In this document: positions 48,006 through 61,317 of the stretch, piece by piece | Numbering within the stretch: position 1 is the stretch's first letter | Layout of the letters: each line of letters begins with the position of its first letter | Origin: Squalus acanthias | Lineage: Eukaryota | Reading direction: 5' to 3' | Assembly: GCA_030390025.1 (NCBI GenBank) | Contig: CM059431.1 | Span: 101,434,001-101,498,000, forward strand | Length of the DNA: 64,000 nucleotides | The notes under the pieces: model-generated | What the model saw: the letters and a program-made list of their open reading frames with translations, nothing else | What the model was told of the DNA's origin: nothing | Databases searched by the model: none | Translations under genes and position numbers: made by a program

Positions 48006-48269
48006 AATGCGACGATCGCACGTCTGATCTCTGGGACGGTGTGCTGGACGGTGGCAATCGGTGATGGGATTGATGGTGGCGTGAACAGAGACAAGCTGCT
48101 TCAAGATCACTGATGTTGCGGCAAAGTCGAGACTCTCCGAGGTCACGGCGGTTTCCACCTGCCCAGTATCTTCCAATATATTTACGAGATAACGGATAAA
48201 TGGGGTCAGTTTATGTTCCAAATCACAGACCTTCAAGAAGCTTTGTCCATCTTACCTGTGTTGTAACAG

Positions 48270-48940
48270 AAAGAAAGAACTTGCATTTACACAGCGCCTT
48301 TCACGACCTCAGGACATCCCAAAGCGCTTTACAGCCAATGAAGTACTTTTGGAGTGTGGTCACTGTTGTGATGCAGGAAACGCGGCAGCCAATTTGTGAT
48401 AATGTGATAATGACTGGATAATCTGTTTTAGTGATGTTGGTTGAGGGATAAATATTAACCCAGGACACTAGATCCTTTACATATTGTTATTTTACAGTAT
48501 ATGCAACATTCCATCTTGTCATTACGGTTCATTTTTCCACGTGATCTCCAGCTAGTTATTTTCCTGCAGTTTGATATTAAGATGTGTGAAAGTTTCCTCG
48601 CCATTGAAAGAAAGAAAGAAAGACCTGCATTTGTATAGCACCTTTCACGACCATCGGACGTCTCAAAGCGCTTTACAGTCAATGAAGTACTTTGTGAAGT
48701 GGAGTCACTGTTGTAATGTGGGAAACGCGGCAGCCAATTTGCGCACAGCAATCTCCCACAAACAGCAATGTGATAATGACCAGATAATCTGCTTTTGTTA
48801 TGTTGGTTGAGGGATAAATATTGGCCAGGACACCGGGGAGAACTCCCCTGCTCTTCTTCAAAATAGAGCCATGGGATCTTTTACGTCCAACTGAGAGAGC
48901 TGATGAGGGGCCTCGGTTTAACGTCTCATCCGAAAGACGG
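48270..48940 (-). mobile_element. Two SacSINE1-like fragments (48270-48470 and 48607-48940)
   Basis: Consensus match. Confidence 0.8.
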
Positions 48941-49274
48941 TTGTGCTATTGGGGCAAAATTCCACCCAATATTCACTACCAATTCTATTTTAGCATTATT
49001 TGCCTGACTTCTAATTATTGAATAATGCAAGTGTTTTGTGTATACCTGCCTTATTGTGACGGTTAAATCTCTCAATGGCCCCACCCAGCCCTGTCTCTTC
49101 AGCCCAATATCCCCCCCTCTCCCGTACATTCCTGCCCCCCAACTCTGGCCTTTTGTCCATCTTCCCCTCCCTTCGTCCCTCCATTGGCAGCACAGCCTTC
49201 AGCTACCCAGGTCCTACTCCCTGGACTTCCTTCCCTAAACCTCTTTACCTCTCCACCTCCCTCTCCTCCTTTAA

Positions 49275-49852
49275 AATGCTTTATAAATCACTGGTTAGGC
49301 CTCAGCTGGAGTATTGTGTCCAATTCTGGGCACTGCACTTTAGGAAGGATGTCAAGGCTTTGGAGAGGGGTGCAGAGGAGATTGACCAGAATGGTCCCAG
49401 GGATGAGGGACTTCAGTTATGTGGAGAGACTGGAGAAGCTGGGATTGTTCTCCTTCGAGCAGAGAAGGTTAAGGGGAGATTTAATAGAAGTGTTCAAAAT
49501 GATGAGGGGTTTTGATAGAGTAGACAGGGAGAAACTGTTGCCAGTGACAGAAGGGTCGGTAACCAGAGCTACACAGATTTAAGGTCATTGGCAAAAGAAC
49601 CAGTGGGGAGATGAGAAGATTTTTTTTTTACGCAGCGAGTTGTTGTGATCTGGAATGCGCTGCCTGAAAGGGCGGTGGAAGCAGATTCAATAGTAACTTT
49701 CAACAGGGAATTGGATAAATACTTGAAAATGAAAAATTTGCAGGGCTACGGGGAAAGGGCAGGGGGGAGTGGACTAATTGGAGAGCTCTTTCAAAGAGCC
49801 GGCACAGGCACGATGGGCCGAATGGCCTCCTTCTGTGCTGTACCATTCCATG
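49275..49852 (+). mobile_element. CR1 3' fragment (preceded by decayed L2, 49060-49275)
   Basis: [17 protein letters not shown]...RRLRGDLIEVFK. Confidence 0.88.
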
Positions 49853-50251
49853 AAAGTGTTTCTTGAACCCATCTCTTTGACCTTCCCTTTAGTCGCTCAT
49901 CCTAACTGCTCCCTTTCTGGGTCACGCACCTGTTTTCTGTGAAGCATCTTGGGATGTTCCTTCTGTTGAAAGTGCAACATATAAATGCTCGTTGTTATTA
50001 TTGCTATTACACTGAGGACAAAACAGAAAATGAGGGAAAAGCCAGTCCAGAATCTATCTATTGTTTTAGCATTATTGAAGTCAGGATTGAGCTCCACCTT
50101 GCCTGTCCTTTCTAGTAGGGGTGTCACTAAAGAACCATCGGGAATGGAAACCCGAGCTGATTTTATTTTTGGGGGGGGGATATCAAAGGTAACTGAAGGC
50201 CCTTTCCTGCCCCCACAGCGGAGATCAGCTAGCTGAGCACAGACTATAAAT

Positions 50252-50630
50252 CAACAACTACTTGCATTTATACAGCGTCTTTAACGTAGTAAAACGTCCC
50301 AAGGCGCTTCACAGGAACGTTATCAGACAAAATTTTGACACCGAGCCACATAAGGAGATATTAGGACAGGTGACCAAAAGCTTGGTCAAAGAGGCAGGTT
50401 TTAAGCAGCGTCTTAAAGGAGGAGGGAGAGGTAGAGAGGTTTAGGGAGAGAATTCCAGAGCTTAGGGCACAGGCAGCTGAAGGCACGGCCGCCAATGGTG
50501 GAGCGATTAAAATCGGGGATGCGCAAGAGGCCAGAAATCTCGGGGGGTTGCGGGGCTGGAGGAGATTACAGAGACAGGGAGGGGCGAGGCCATGGAGGGA
50601 TTTGAACACAAAGATGAGAATTTTACATTC
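50252..50630 (-). mobile_element. L2 3' fragment
   Basis: FKSLHGLAPP-L-NLL plus tail. Confidence 0.88.
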
Positions 50631-51009
50631 TTAAGTGACACTCCTGGAGGGCAAATGATACATCAGTTAAGTTGAGATGCAAAATACCTGATAGATATTT
50701 TGTTTTGAAATTCCAATTCCTTGCCTAAAACAGCCACACACGAATAGTGCAGCACAGACTGCTTGCAATTATTGCAATTATTGCGGTTATTTTTGCAGTT
50801 TGTGGTTGTCAGCACATTCTGCGCCTGATTCAATCAGAAGCCAGGATTATTCTGCCTGTGGCCTCACATTACCTGCTGCGGTTACTGCTGGCTTGGAATC
50901 TATCGAGTGATGTCATTTAGCAACAAGACAGAAACAGGACAGAGAAGAAAGGGAAAACTTGTAAAAATAATTTCTCTACTTTTTCTTTTTTGTATGTTGT
51001 CAGAGTAGC

Positions 51010-51590
51010 ATGCAGCACAGGAGGTGGCCATTCGGCCCATCGTGTCTGTGCCGGCGTTTGTTATTTCTTGCAAATACTGCCCAGGTTTTCCACTTGATGG
51101 GAAGGAATCTCTGACGACTATTCTCACTTGCCAGAGAAACAGTTTCTCCCTACTCGCTCTATCAAAGCCCCTCATCATTTTTGAACACCGCTATTATAGC
51201 TTCCCTTAATCTTCCCTGTTCTAAGGAGAACAATCCCAGCTTCTCCAGTCCCTCCACAATAACTGAAGTCCCTCATCCCTGGGATCATCCTGGTAAACTT
51301 TCTCAGCACCCTCTCAAGGCCTTGACATCCTTCTTAAAGTGTGGTGCCCAGAATTGGACACAAGGCATAACCAGTGATTTGTAAAGGTTTAGCATGACCT
51401 CCTTGTTTTTGGACACAATGCCCCTATGTACAAAGCCAAGTATCCCATACGCTTTCTTAACCGCCTTATCAACTTGCCCTGCCACCTTCCAGGATTTGTG
51501 AATATTGACCCCCAGGTCCCTCTGCTCTTGCACGCCCCCCACCCCCTCCCCCGCCATCAAAATAGTACCATTTAGATGATGCTGCCTCTC
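51010..51590 (-). mobile_element. CR1 fragments
   Basis: EQRDLGVNIHKSWKVAGQVDKAVKKAYG. Confidence 0.8.
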
Positions 51591-53083
51591 CATGTTGTTT
51601 CTCTGAACTCATGACCGAAACTACAGCAAACAGAGACCCCCGAGTACAGCCGGGTAATTCCTCCAACAAAGTGCATTGAGTGGAGGAGGGGTTGCATCAG
51701 TAATGCAAGCTTTTATTTTTATTGATGAGATGATTTTATGATTGGCCGTGAAGTCATTGAAAACCTTTTAGCTTGCTGACTAAATACCTTTTGGACCAAG
51801 CTTTTGGTCACCTGTCCGAATATCTCCTTATGTGATTCATGTTGGGGGGTACGGTAGCATAGTGGTTATGTTACTGGTCTAGTAATCCAGAGGCCTGGAC
51901 TGATGATCTGCAGACATGTAGTTCAAATCCCACCATGGCAGTTGGGGAATTTAAATTCAATTAAATAAATCTGGGGTCAGATGTTTATAATTACGACCTC
52001 AGCAAATATCATGGCCCATAGAATAAGGGATATCTGATTTTTGTATTGCTTGCAATCTTTTTAAGATACAGGTAATATTCTTTTCTAATGTCACGTGTGA
52101 TTCTGTTTCCTCCGCTCTGTTTTTCATAATATTTTTTATATAAACCCAAGCAAGTTGACTGGAGCGATTGAATCTTATTGTTTATTATTTTGACTTGGCA
52201 GTTTTTGTAATTGTGTTGAATAAGAATACATACTAACTCAACCGCTGGGTACGTACTTGGGAATATTGCGACCCGTAATTCAGGGAGCCTCAATGTATGT
52301 GTCAAATTTAAACAAATATGTAAATGCTGTGCTGATCTTCTAAATTCTGTAGTCGTCTTGGATCATTTGTTGAAGTAAATTGTTTGGGATCAGAGTGTTT
52401 GTCTTAATATCCTTTGGAACCTGGATCTCCACAGCTTGAAAACATTGTTGTTTTGATGGGGTTGGGGGTGAGACGAAGAGGGGTGGGAGGAGGCTGGTGT
52501 GGAGCATAAACACCGGCACGGACCAGTTGGGCCGAATGGCCTGTTTCTGTGCTGTAAAATTCTATGTAATTCTATGTAAAATCAATTCCAGTCCCTTACA
52601 GCAGTGCATTCTCCAGGCGTGATTGATGGGGGAATTACCCAATCATCTCCATTTTGGCCGGGACTTGGGGTGTCTCTATATGCAGCCTTTATTTTGCAGG
52701 GAAATAATAGTGTAACTCGTTGCGCGGAAATTCTAGGCCAAGGTGTCTTTGGGGCAGAAGAGGAGAAAACCAAGGAGCCCCTTTCAATTCTGTCCCTGCT
52801 TTTCTGAAGCGTGATTTTCAACTATCATTTATCAAAGCTTTAATATCAACAGAAACATTGGACCCATTTGAAAAAGAAAGAAAGATCTTGCATTTCTATA
52901 GCGCCTTTCACGACCTCTGGACGTCCCAAAGCTCTTTACAGCCAATTAAGTACTTTTGAAGTGTGGTCACTGTTGTAATGTAGGGAAAATTACGGTTAAG
53001 TAGCTGATATCCTCTTATTATTGGATAATATCAATTGGAATTTGATTATTAATTTACCACTGGACTGAAAGTGAAAATACCGT

Positions 53084-53217
53084 GGGGTTAATTGTGACTG
53101 TGGATGATAGTATAAAATGAGCGATATCGATTCAGCCTCTTGTTATACGTCTCTACCGATTTCAACTTCCATTAAAGTCGTCTGTTTTACACTATGACCC
53201 AAAGTCTAAATTACCCC
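53084..53217. mobile_element. Small degenerate MITE
   Basis: Imperfect TIRs ggggttaattgtgactgtgg / cccaaagtctaaattacccc. Confidence 0.5.
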
Positions 53218-53484
53218 CCCTATGCCCCCCGCCCCCTCCCCCCCCACCACCCCCACCGTGTATTTTATAAAAACACCGGCAGTAAATCAAAAGATTTTAC
53301 CTGCAAAAAAAAAGGCCAAAAACCCCAAACGTGCTGAAGCCACTTTCAACACTGCAGTTTTTTTTCTTTTTACAATTCCTTTCTACCATTAAATATTGTT
53401 TTCTCCTCCAACTCTTTCTCTGACGCCCAACAAGATTGACGACACTGAGTCATGTTAAAAGTACAATGGAGCCTGAATGTAACG

Positions 53485-54872
53485 GGGGTTGAGTTTCCGC
53501 TCCGGGCGCCATCAGGATATTTGGCCCAACATACGCTTGAAATTGCGGCGGTGAGGTCACAGTTCAAGTTTCCGCAAAAAATTAATTTGCATAATCACAA
53601 ACGGGTAATCTCCCATGAACCAATCGGGCAGCGTCATAGAACAGAATCGTTCCTTTTTTTCTATCAAGAAGTGTTCTTGACGTATTGAAGAGCGGTAACG
53701 TGACGCAGTTTTAATAATTCAGCTGAAAATGGGTTTATCACCAAAAATGAAGGGGGAAAAATTCGGTCGCGCCCACTTTGGGGTGCTAACTTCGCCGGGG
53801 CGCTACTTTTAGAAAGTTAGCGCCCCCCGCGCCCGAAATTCTAGCGTCCCAAGAGGGAGGCGGGGTGCTACTGTAAGTGCTACCCCTCCCTCTTGGTGCG
53901 CTACCAGGGAATATAGCGGCGCTACGTGCCGCCGCGCCACGGTACTGCAGGCCTTCCTCCCCTTATTAAAGGGGAGGGCCCTTGCGCAGCGCGATCCGGG
54001 GCCCAGCTGGGCCACCAGGGATCGGGGTGCCGGCAAAAAGATGGAGTGCAGCCGGCACCCCGCGGGGGCGGGGGGGGGGCTTCACAGGAGGCCGGGGACG
54101 GCGGAGGGGGCAGGTGCTGACAGGCGGCCAGCAACAAAAATTTCTGCCCGGCACCTCCCCTTTGATTTGCGCTGACCCAGCCGTACGTACGTCCCCCCCC
54201 GACCCTGTCGGACATAGCGTCCAGCGGTAAGTCAGGGGGCGCTACGGAAATTCGCAGCCGGGGCGCGAGGGGGGCGCTGCGCACCGTGATGACGTCATTG
54301 CCAGAGGCGCAGCGCCGCGGCGCGTTACCGGTTACCACCGCCGCTAACTTCCCTCTTAGGGCGCTAATGGGAGGCGCAAAGCAACCGAATTTTGCCCCCA
54401 AGCAGTTTTAATCAGAATGTTCAGTCTTCCACCTGTGAGTAACCTGATTTAAAATCACTGAAAATGACTTTAAAAAATCTACACTGAACCATTTAGTAGG
54501 TTCATTGATGTACACTAGTCAGTTTCTTAGTAAATTAAACATATTTTGATTTGAAAAATCTGTTTAAAACGAGCTGACTGGTGCCTGTGCGTCTAAGACA
54601 ATGAGCGCGATTTGAAGAGCCTTCCCAAACCGGCGCGATCGGCGGAATCTCGCAATGTCGACCCGGGAGTTGCGGCCAGTTCTGTGGGCATGGCCTGATC
54701 CGGGCCAATTGAACCTCAAACCTGTGTGAAGGATCGGGGAAAACACGAGCGTGAGTGGCTTCGGAGCATAACTCACCGACGTTTAAAATTCCGCGATCTT
54801 TCGCGCTGGCTCGGCCGCTTCCACCCGGATTGCGCTGACGTAATGGGCGGAAACGAGCGGGAACTCGACCCC
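53485..54872. mobile_element. Outer MITE (TIR ggggttgagtttccgctc / gagcgggaactcgacccc) hosting a nested MITE
   Basis: 18-bp TIRs with 2 mismatches. Confidence 0.72.
53752..54399. mobile_element. GC-rich MITE (same family as 59063-59756)
   Basis: TIRs gggggaaaaattcggt / accgaattttgccccc; colinear with the second copy. Confidence 0.85.
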
Positions 54873-55444
54873 AATGTGCATAGCCGACTGAAGCAAGGAT
54901 ACAATTCAAGGATCGAATTCCAGCATTTGTGGAGAAATGAGGACCTCAGCATAAATCTGATCCCAGGATAAAAGATCTTGGCACGCCAGTTTTGTATATA
55001 TCAGGATGCAACTGTACATCCTGCCGTCCATTGTGTGTTTTCAGAGGTAAAATGAAAAAGGAAAATCTGTGATGCGTAAGATAAGTGGTACATGTTCAAT
55101 GTGACAGCAACATTGTACTGTTTGACATACAGACAATATAGTTCAAAGAAACACGACACTCAAAGCTGCATTCTGCTGCAATCAAAGAACATTTATAGAC
55201 CTGCTTGATTTCTACTGGGAACACGTGCGATCTGATTGCCCCTGAACCCCGCAGACCAGGGAAGTCCCAGTTCGATCCATGGTCGGCACTAACTTCACTG
55301 GTTACAGCCCTGGTGCGAGTAAGGGCGTTACCATTCATACCATTAGTTCGGGATGGGAAATATCCGCAGGATTCCCACTCCTGTTCATAACCCACGATAC
55401 TCCTGCTGGATACTGCAAGTGTGAACATCAGATCAGGACTGGAT

Positions 55445-55790
55445 TTAACCTCCTCCGGCCCCACAACCCTCCGAGATGGCTGCGCTCCTCCAATTCTGGC
55501 CTCTTGCGCATCCCCCGATTTCCTGCGCCCCACCATTGGCGGCCGTGCCTTCAGCCGCCTGGGCCCTGAGCTCTGGAATTCCCTCCCTAAACCTCTCCGT
55601 CACTCTCTCTCCTCCTTTAAGACGCTCCTTAAAACCTACCCCTTTGACCAAGCTTTTCTTCACCTATCCTAATATTTCCAAATATAGCTCGGTGTCAAAT
55701 GTTGTTTGGTAATCGCTCCTGAGAAGCGCCTTGGGATGTTTTACCAAGTTAAAGGCGCTGTATAAATGCAAGGTTGTTGTTGTTGTTGTA
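55445..55790 (+). mobile_element. L2 3' fragment
   Basis: PTIGGRAFSRLGPELWNSLP plus tail with (gtt)n. Confidence 0.88.
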
Positions 55791-55981
55791 ATGCCACCCC
55801 CGGTCCAGGTTCTCACAGGAGGAAGAGCTGTGTTGCTCCACAATATTTAAGTTGTAAATCGATTATTGTGTACGACTTTGTACATTTATCTACCCCCCAC
55901 TAAAAAAAAAATCAGGTGCACGACTGAGTCAGCAAAAACAAACGATAAAACACGGTGACAGCACAAATACAACTCAACACA

Positions 55982-56886
55982 TAAGAACATAAGAATTAGG
56001 AGCAGGAGTCGGCCATTTGGCCCCTCGAGCCTGCTCTGCCATTCAATAAGATCATGGCTGATCTTCGACCTCAACTCCACTTTCCTGCACTATCTCCATA
56101 TTCCTTGATTCCCTTAATATCCAAAAGCCTATCGATCTCTGTCTTGAATATACTCAATGTCTGAGCCTCCACAGCCCTCTGGGGTAGAGAATTCCAAAGA
56201 TTCACCACCCTCTGAGTGAAGAAATTTCTCCTCATCTCAGTCCTAAATGGCTGACCCCTTATCCTGAGACTGTGACCCCTGGTTCTAGACTCCCCAGCCA
56301 GGGGAAACATCCTCCCTGCATCTACCCTGTCAAGCCCTGTAAGAATTTTATATGTTTCAATGAGATCACCCCTCATTTTTCTAAACTCTAGAGAATATAG
56401 GCCTAGTCTACTCAATCTCTCCTCATAGGACAATCCCCCCATCCCAGGAATCAATCTGGTGAACCTTCGTTGCACTCCCTCTATGGCAAGTATATCCTTC
56501 CTTAGGTAAGGAGACCAAAACTGTCCACAATACTCCAGGTGTGGTCTCACCAGGGCCCTATATAATTGCAGTAAGACGTCTTTACTCTTATACGCAAATC
56601 CTCTTGTAATAAAGGCCAACATTTGCTTTCCTAATTGCTTGCTGTACCTGCATGTTAACTTTCAGTGATTCGTGTACAAGGACACCCAGGTCCCTTTGAA
56701 CACCAACATTTCCCAATCTCTCACCATTTAAAAAATACTCTGCTTTTCTATTTTTCCTACCAAAGTGGATAGCTTCACATTTCTTCACATTATATTCCAT
56801 TTGCCATGTTCTTGCCCACTCACTTAGCCTGTCTACATCCCCTTGAAGCCTCCTTGCACCCTCCTCACAACTTACATTCCCACCCA
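55982..56886 (-). mobile_element. CR1 5'-truncated copy
   Basis: LQGDVDRLSEWARTWQMEYN...RPHLEYC...FFTQRVVNLWNSLP. Confidence 0.93.
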
Positions 56887-56992
56887 CCTATTATACAATC
56901 ATGGTACTAAGTGTAAAGCCTATATAATTGGGCACCGAGGACTTTAAAAAATGTATATTTTTCTGCAGGATGCAAGGACTCATTCGGGGTAT

Positions 56993-57725
56993 TCATAGAA
57001 TCCTACAGCACAGAAGGAGGCCATTTGGCCCATTGTGCCTGTGCCGGCTCTTTGAAAGAGCTCTCCAATTAGTCCCACTCCCCCCTGCTCTTTCCCCATC
57101 GCCCTGCAAATCTTTATTTTTCAAGTAGTTATCCAATTCCCTGCTTAGACAAGAGAATAAATGTTATGTTGATGAGGAGGAATGCTTTTTAAATCAGCAC
57201 CAAGTTGTGCAGGATGTTTTTCATCCTCTGTTTTTACCCCTGTGTTGTTGGCACTGGAAACCACAAGGGAGCAGTGTTGTGGCTATCGTTGCTGTTGAAC
57301 TGCACAATTATACACAGGATTACAGCACAGAAACAGGCCATTCGGCCCAACTGGCCTATGCTGGTGTAGAGTTTCAGGGGAGATTTAAAAGAGGTGCTCA
57401 AAATCATGTTGGGTTTTGATAGCGTAGAGAGGAAGACACTGTTTCCACTGGCAGGAGGGTCGGTAACCAGACGACACAGATTTAAGGTGGTTGCCAAAAG
57501 AACCAGAGGGGAGATGAGATTTATTTTTTTACGCAGCGAGTTGTTATGATCTGGAAAGCGCTGCCTGAAAGGGCGGTGGGAGCAGATAAATACTTGTAAA
57601 GGAGAAGTTTGCAGGGCTCTGGAGAAAGAGCCGGGGGAGTGGGACTAATTGGAGAGCTCTTTCAAAGAGCCGGCATAGGCACGATGGGCCGAATGGCCTC
57701 CTTCTGTGCTGTACCATTCTATGAT
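56993..57725. mobile_element. Cluster of CR1 3' tail fragments on both strands
   Basis: Match CR1 3' UTR copies elsewhere. Confidence 0.75.
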
Positions 57726-58074
57726 GCAATGCTCATTTTTGTCCGAAGGTATGACTTTTCCCTCTTCTCTGCACTTGCTGCACCATATATCATATTCTGC
57801 AGAGAATTAATCTGTTCCCAGGGCGCTACCAAAACCATTCTAAAGCCAGTTGCCAGGAAGTCCTTGAGTGTGTCCCGCAGCAATGCTCTCCCTCCCCGGC
57901 TCTTAATTGGTATCTCCTTATGTAAGATAGAGAATTCAGCAAGTGTAAAATCTCCGTTGCAAACCTGGGTCCTACCATTCTGTGGCACAGGGAGTTCAGG
58001 TTGTACCATTTTTCCCACTCTTGGAAGTAAGAAAAGTGTGACGATGCAATTCAAGCCAAGGATGACTTTTTTTT

Positions 58075-58378
58075 ATTCATTCTCAGAATGTGGGCGTCGC
58101 TGGCAAGGCCCAGCATTTATTGCCCATCCCTAATTGCCCTTGAGAAGGTGGTGGTGAGCCGCCTTATTGAACCGCTGCAGTCCGTGTGGTGAAGGTGCTC
58201 CCACAGTGCTGTTAGGGAGGGAGTTCCAGGATTTTGACCCAGCGACGATGAAGGAACGGCCGATATATTTCCAAGTCAGGATGGTGTGTGACTGGGAGGG
58301 GAACTTGCAGGTGGTGGTGTTCCCATGCACCTGCTGCCCTTGTCCTTCTAGATGGTAGAGGGTGTGGGTTTGGGAGGT
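58075..58378 (-). mobile_element. CR1-group LINE 3' end
   Basis: Reverse complement of 11300-11610. Confidence 0.85.
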
Positions 58379-58396
58379 GAAACGTATGCATTCATT

Positions 58397-58971
58397 GGCC
58401 CAGAATTTGCGGTGCGTAATAACAGCGAACGAACAGCGTTCCCTGTTATTACCCCTCTGAAACTGACCGCAAATTCAGGATTTAGCGCATGCGCATCTCA
58501 ACATGGAAATCCTGAAGTTGCGGTCAGTCGTTCACTGCTCCGACACTGGCTGTGCTGTGTGAAGTGTCAATTTTCTCCATTATGATAAAAATTACAATTT
58601 TTAAGAAACTTAAAAAAAATATATTTTTAAAGTTTGCTCATCTTTATTTCCAGTTTGCCGTTTCCCCCATGTGAGAGCCCCAATCTTTGTTTTACTCTCT
58701 CGAACATTTTTTAAAAAGTCAGAATAAAAGGAGCTCATTCACTTCCTGGGTCCCAATCTGTGATCATTCTGCAACGTGATTGGCTGCTTAGACCGTTTGT
58801 TGCTGTCACAACAGATCGTTCTATGGGATTCCCACTACACTGCCCTGATCTCAATTGCACATCGAAAAAGGCAAACTTCTCGCCACAGAGATCGCGAGAT
58901 CTTTGTGGGAAGCTTTCTTCGGGGCCGGCGGCGAACGCCTTTGCTTCGCCGCTGACCGCAAATTCCGGGCC
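58397..58971. mobile_element. MITE, PIF/Harbinger-like, TSD ATT
   Basis: att|ggcccagaatttgcggt ... accgcaaattccgggcc|att. Confidence 0.85.
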
Positions 58972-59062
58972 ATTATTGTTTTTTTAAAAGTACCCTCCTG
59001 GACTGAAGTAAAACAACAACAGCAGGCTGCATTTATATAGCGCTTCTAACGTAGTACACAAA

Positions 59063-59756
59063 GGGGGAAAAATTGGCTCATGCCCCCTTTGGGGCGCTAA
59101 CTTCGCCGGGGCGCTACTTGTAAAAGTTAGCGCCCCCGCTCCGGATATTGAATGGTAGCGTCCCAAGCAGGAGGCGGGGCATTACTGGAAGCGCTCCCCC
59201 TCCCTCTTGGAGCGCTCCCATTCAATATCGCAGCGCTACGTGCAACAGCGCCACGAGTGTCGGCAGGTAGCGCCGCGGTACTACAAGCCTCCCTCCCCTG
59301 ATTAAAAGGGAGGGGCCTAGCGCAGCACGCACCGGGGCCCTGCTGGACCACCGGGGAGCGGGGTGCCGGGAAAACAGCCCGGCACTCAAGAGGAGTGCCG
59401 GGCTGACGGATCAAGGCCGGCACCCTGCGGGGGGGGGAGGCCAGAGGGGGCAGGTGCTGGCAGGCGGCCCAAAAACAAATGGCCGCCCGGCACCTGCCCT
59501 TTAATTTGCGCTGCCCCGGCTGCAAGAACACCACCCTGACCCTGTCGGACATAGCGTCCGGCGGTAGGTCAGGGGGCGCGACCGAAGTTTGCGGCCGGGG
59601 AGCGAGCGGGGCGCTACGCACGGCGATGACATCATCGCTGGAGGCGCAGCGCCGCGGGGCGCTACCGGCTGCTGCCGCCGCTAACCTCCCGCTGGATTTC
59701 ACCGGAGGCCTCCCGGTGCGCTAACGGGAGGCGCAAAGCAACCCAATTTTTCCCCC
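59063..59756. mobile_element. GC-rich MITE, flanks AAA/AAA
   Basis: TIRs gggggaaaaattgg / ccaatttttccccc. Confidence 0.85.
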
Positions 59757-60014
59757 AAAGACTTTATCTGACAAGAAATATAAACTTCTTTATTTTGAAC
59801 ATATCTTCTGTTCGACAACAAGTCCCGAATCCATTCAGGCCTTCCTTCCTCCATCATACTTCCAAAGCAGCTGCAGCAGATCCAATAGTGAGCCCGTATT
59901 AGTGAGCCTATTGTGTTGGCTGCTCTCCTGTATTCTGCCTGGGACCAAGGCTTAAACCACAGGTGGGTGGAAACGTGCAGCTGCGCAGCGCACACACACT
60001 TACAATTTTGGCAC

Positions 60015-60520
60015 CACAGGAACAGGAGAAGGCCATTCAGCCCCTCGAGCCTGTTCCGCCATTCTGTTAGATCACGGCTGATCTGTATCTTAACTCCATC
60101 TACCCGCCTTGGTTCCGTAACCCTTAATACCCTTTGCCTAACAAAAATCCACCAATCTCAGATTTGAAATTTTCAATTGAACCCCCCAGCCTCAACAGCT
60201 TTTTGGGGGGAGAGAGTTCCAGATTTCCACCACCCTTTGTGTGAAGAAGTGCTTCCTGACATTTTTATTTAATTCATTCATTCTGGGGATGTGGGCGTCG
60301 CTGGCAAGGCCAGCATTTATTGCTCATCCCTAATGGCCCTCGAGAAGGTGGTGGTGAGCCGCCTTTTTGAACCGCTGCAGTCCGTGTGGTGAAGGTGCTC
60401 CCACAGTGCTGTTAGGGAGGGAACATCACCCCCGAACGCCTGGCTCTAATTTTAAGGTTACGCCCCCTTGGTCTGGACTGCCCCACCAGAGGAAACAGTT
60501 TCTCTCTATATACCCTATCA
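60015..60520 (-). mobile_element. CR1 3' fragment with nested CR1-group LINE tail (about 60270-60421)
   Basis: Matches 15840-16392 in reverse; the insert matches 58075-58220. Confidence 0.8.
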
Positions 60521-60963
60521 ATACCATTGCGGTTGTATCAGTTTTAAAGATGTATTGATTATGTATTTGTGCTGAAGTTTTGAGAATATTAAAATGCTAT
60601 TCCAATGATTTTCCCACACCAATGCCAAACCAAGATTGGCATAAGAATTACATAGAATTTTACAGCACAGAAACAGGCCATTCGGCCCAACTGGTCGATG
60701 CCGGTGTTTATGCTCCACACGAGCCTCCTCCCACCCCTCTTCATCTCACCCTATCAACATATCCTTCTACTCCTTTCTCCCTCGTGTACTTGAGATACAT
60801 TTAGAGACGGATAAGGAACATCTTTAGGAAAATGGATACCACGGGGTAAAATTCAGGTTTGCCAAATACTTCTTTTAACTAGAGGCTTACAGGCTGAGTT
60901 TGGGTAAGGACAGAGTCCGGATCATAGCAAATGGTACCCATTTGTTTGAGTACAAGTACCGTA

Positions 60964-61315
60964 ATAAGAACATAAGAACATAAGAAATAGGAGCAGGAGT
61001 CGGCCATTTGGCCCTTCGAGTCTGCTCCGCCATTCAATAAGATCATGGCTGATCTTCTACCTCAACTCCACTTTCCTGAACTATCCCCATATCCCTTGAT
61101 GCCCTTAATATTCAAAAATCTATCGATCTCTGTCTTGAATATAATCAAAGACTGAGCATTCACAGCCCTCTGGGGTAGGGAATTCCCAAGATTCACCACC
61201 CTCTGAGTGAAGAAATTTCTCCTCATTTCAGTCCTAAATGGCCGACCCCTTATTCTGAGACTGTGACCCCTGGTTCTAGACTCCCCAGCCAGGGGAAACA
61301 TCCTCCCTGCATCTA
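60964..61315 (-). mobile_element. CR1 3' fragment
   Basis: MFPLAGESRTRGHSLRIRGRPFRTEMRRNFFTQRVV. Confidence 0.9.
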
Positions 61316-61317
61316 TG

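Noticed and set aside
47919..48236. 105-aa minus-strand ORF
   Set aside because: No recognisable domain, runs into a MITE end, and has no supported splice structure.
57609..58133. 174-aa plus and 111-aa minus ORFs
   Set aside because: The longer ORF begins and ends in LINE tails, and neither shows recognisable homology.
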